Virus record (IMG/VR): IMGVR_UViG_3300037423_001098
Span: 1 to 44,717 of that record
Strand: one strand, 5' to 3'
Origin: a virus
Lineage: Duplodnaviria > Caudoviricetes
DNA length: 44,717 nt
A model generated the notes under the pieces. That model ran no database searches. It was not told where the DNA came from and saw only the letters and a list, made by a program, of their open reading frames with translations. Shown here in pieces: positions 43,181 through 44,717 of this stretch (position 1 is its first letter; the number at the start of each line of letters is the position of its first letter). The position numbers and the translations under genes were made by a program.

Positions 43181-43371
43181 GCGGCCATTCCAAAGAAGTC
43201 ATTCGCAGTGACTTCCCCGTTCGTAGCCTCGGCGATCCTGTGGAGTTTTTCGATCTCCGGGCGGCGGTCGCCGACGATGTAGCGGCGCACAGTCTCCTTG
43301 CTCACCCCGATGCTTTTGGCGAAGTCGGCGGGGGAGATGGAATTGCGCGTGAGATAGTCTGAAAGCTTCAT
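43177..43371 (-). CDS. Cro-like XRE HTH regulator
   Basis: MKLSDYL..SPADFAKSIGVSKETVRRY..RRP..IAEATNGEVTANDFF. Confidence 0.85.
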   Translation of the reverse strand: MKLSDYLTRNSISPADFAKSIGVSKETVRRYIVGDRRPEIEKLHRIAEATNGEVTANDFFGMAA

Positions 43372-43376
43372 CGCAC

Positions 43377-43414
43377 CACCAGAATGGCGGTGAACGATGG
43401 ACTTGTCAACACCA
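43377..43414 (-). promoter_or_regulatory. cro promoter/operator
   Basis: TTGACA (43404-43409)-17 bp-CATTCT; operator-like CACC-N8-GGTG at 43377-43392. Confidence 0.6.
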
Positions 43415-43459
43415 ATTCAGCGTATGGCGCTCAATACCCACGTGGGCCAATCAGGCCTC

Positions 43460-43897
43460 ATGTTGGCCGAGACGATCAGCAAGAACATCCAGCGCGTTCG
43501 CGAGTCCAAGGGCGTCTCCCGCCCGCAGCTCGGCTTGCGAATGAACCCGCCTACATCGAGCCAGCAGATCGAGCGCCTGGAGAAGGGCGAGCGCCGCCTG
43601 ACGGTCGAATGGATAGAGCGGATCGCGAAGGGGCTGGGCGTCGATCCCGCCGAGCTGATCGCCGGCGAGCCGCAGCGCTTTACGATGACTCCAGAAGTCG
43701 CAAATGAGATCGCGGTTGAGCTTGCCCGCGTTGTGCTTCAAGGCGGCGAGCCGTCGCCGGAGATCGTTGCAGACCTCTCTCTAGTATTGCAAGCGTTGTC
43801 CGAGACGTTCGCACGGCATCCAGCAGCGCGGCGCGATCCTGAAGTGGCGCGTCCCGTAATTGATCTTCTAGCGCACCGATTCGCTCGGCAATCTTAG
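43460..43897 (+). CDS. CI-like XRE HTH repressor (no S24 peptidase domain)
   Basis: RESKGVSRPQLG..SSQQIERLEKGERRLTVEWIERIAKGLGVDPAELI; divergent from cro; start may be 43424. Confidence 0.8.
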   Translation: MLAETISKNIQRVRESKGVSRPQLGLRMNPPTSSQQIERLEKGERRLTVEWIERIAKGLGVDPAELIAGEPQRFTMTPEVANEIAVELARVVLQGGEPSPEIVADLSLVLQALSETFARHPAARRDPEVARPVIDLLAHRFARQS

Positions 43898-44140
43898 CGG
43901 CTGACCGCTCTAGCCAAGCCGCCTTTCCGTAGTCGTCCGCATATACGCGCAGCGCCGCCATATCCTGTGGCACCTCACCAGTCCCTCCCCGACAATCCGA
44001 GCAGCCGAGTAGACTAACGGCAACCAACCTTTCGTGTTCCTTAACATCGTTTAATAGAGCCACGGGCCACATCGTTGCCATTTTGTTCTTCTAGCAGAGT
44101 CGCGCGCCTGTAGGAAAGCGGGGCGACAACTTTTTTACGG

Positions 44141-44186
44141 CACCTCTATTTTGGTGTTGACAGCGCCACCGGATTGGTGGCAAACC
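44141..44186 (+). promoter_or_regulatory. early + arm promoter/operator
   Basis: CACC-N8-GGTG at 44141-44156 abuts TTGACA at 44157; TGGTGTTGACA mirrors the cro-side sequence. Confidence 0.6.
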
Positions 44187-44214
44187 ATGCTCATCCGAAG
44201 CGAAAGGATGAGCG

Positions 44215-44717
44215 ATGGCAACGGCGGGGAAGTCAAAGAAAGCACCGGCGACCAAGCTGCGCGCGAGAAAGGTCAAGGAGCCTGCGATCCTCGCGATCAA
44301 GGGCATGGACCAGAACCTCCGCTGCCGTGGCTTCCAGTTCGAACAAGGCAAGACCTACGAGGTCAGCGGAACAATCCGCGCTTGTGCGAACGGCTTTCAC
44401 TCCTGCCCGCTCGACGATGACGGCCACCCGCTGTCGGTGTTCGAATATTACGCGCCGGGCATCTCGCGCTATTTCGAGGTCGAGGCGAAGGGCGAGACTG
44501 ATCGCCAGGGCAGCAAGATCGCCAGCGCCAAGATCACGATTGGCGTCGAGGTCAGCATTGGCGAGCTGACGCGCCGCGCGATTAAATGGGTTTTCGCCCG
44601 TGCCAAGCCTGAAGGTGAGAGCGCGACTGGCGACTATGGCGCAGCGAGCGCGACCGGCCCCCGTGGCGCAGCGAGCGCGACCGGCACCCAAGGCGCAGCG
44701 AGCGCGACTGGCGACTA
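44215..44717 (+). CDS. N-terminal part of the repeat protein (DUF7666-like N-domain); continues at position 1
   Basis: MATAGK..IKGMDQNLRCRGFQFEQGKTYEV..CANGFHSC..VFEYY..SRYFEV..SKIASAKITI then [13 protein letters not shown] repeats; open to the window end. Confidence 0.85.
   Translation, partial: MATAGKSKKAPATKLRARKVKEPAILAIKGMDQNLRCRGFQFEQGKTYEVSGTIRACANGFHSCPLDDDGHPLSVFEYYAPGISRYFEVEAKGETDRQGSKIASAKITIGVEVSIGELTRRAIKWVFARAKPEGESATGDYGAASATGPRGAASATGTQGAASATGD

Noticed and set aside
43680-44081. 133-aa minus-strand ORF
   Set aside because: Overlaps the repressor 3' half antisense and has no recognisable motif

Overview
The window appears to be a complete ~44.7 kb temperate podovirus-like phage genome in excised (attP) form, GC-rich and probably from an alphaproteobacterial (Sphingomonadaceae-like) host; the host is my inference. 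It is linearised inside a 27-bp tandem-repeat gene that spans both ends. A CI/Cro-like switch (43.2-44.2 kb) drives two arms. The + strand arm carries the repeat protein, ERF, YqaJ exonuclease, SSB-like, NinB, Xis, a tyrosine integrase with a tRNA-Cys 5'-half attP, an HNH gene and small ORFs. The - strand arm carries CII-like, MTases, RusA, a DnaA-C protein, replication initiator and origin, terminase, portal, scaffold, capsid, adaptor/nozzle, ejection proteins, tailspike and lysis genes. An IS1595 element with passenger genes interrupts a NUMOD4-HNH gene. Most notable: (1) seven dispersed ~60-90 bp elements with divergent sequence but a covarying multi-hairpin fold rich in GNA triloops, some as inverted pairs around cargo modules; (2) a NepR-like anti-sigma factor in the lysis cassette; (3) a likely programmed +1 frameshift fusing an ejection protein to an M15-like peptidase; (4) a kissing-loop RNA candidate; (5) a 9-aa repeat protein with variable di-residues. 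All product calls come from motif recognition by eye; no database search was run.
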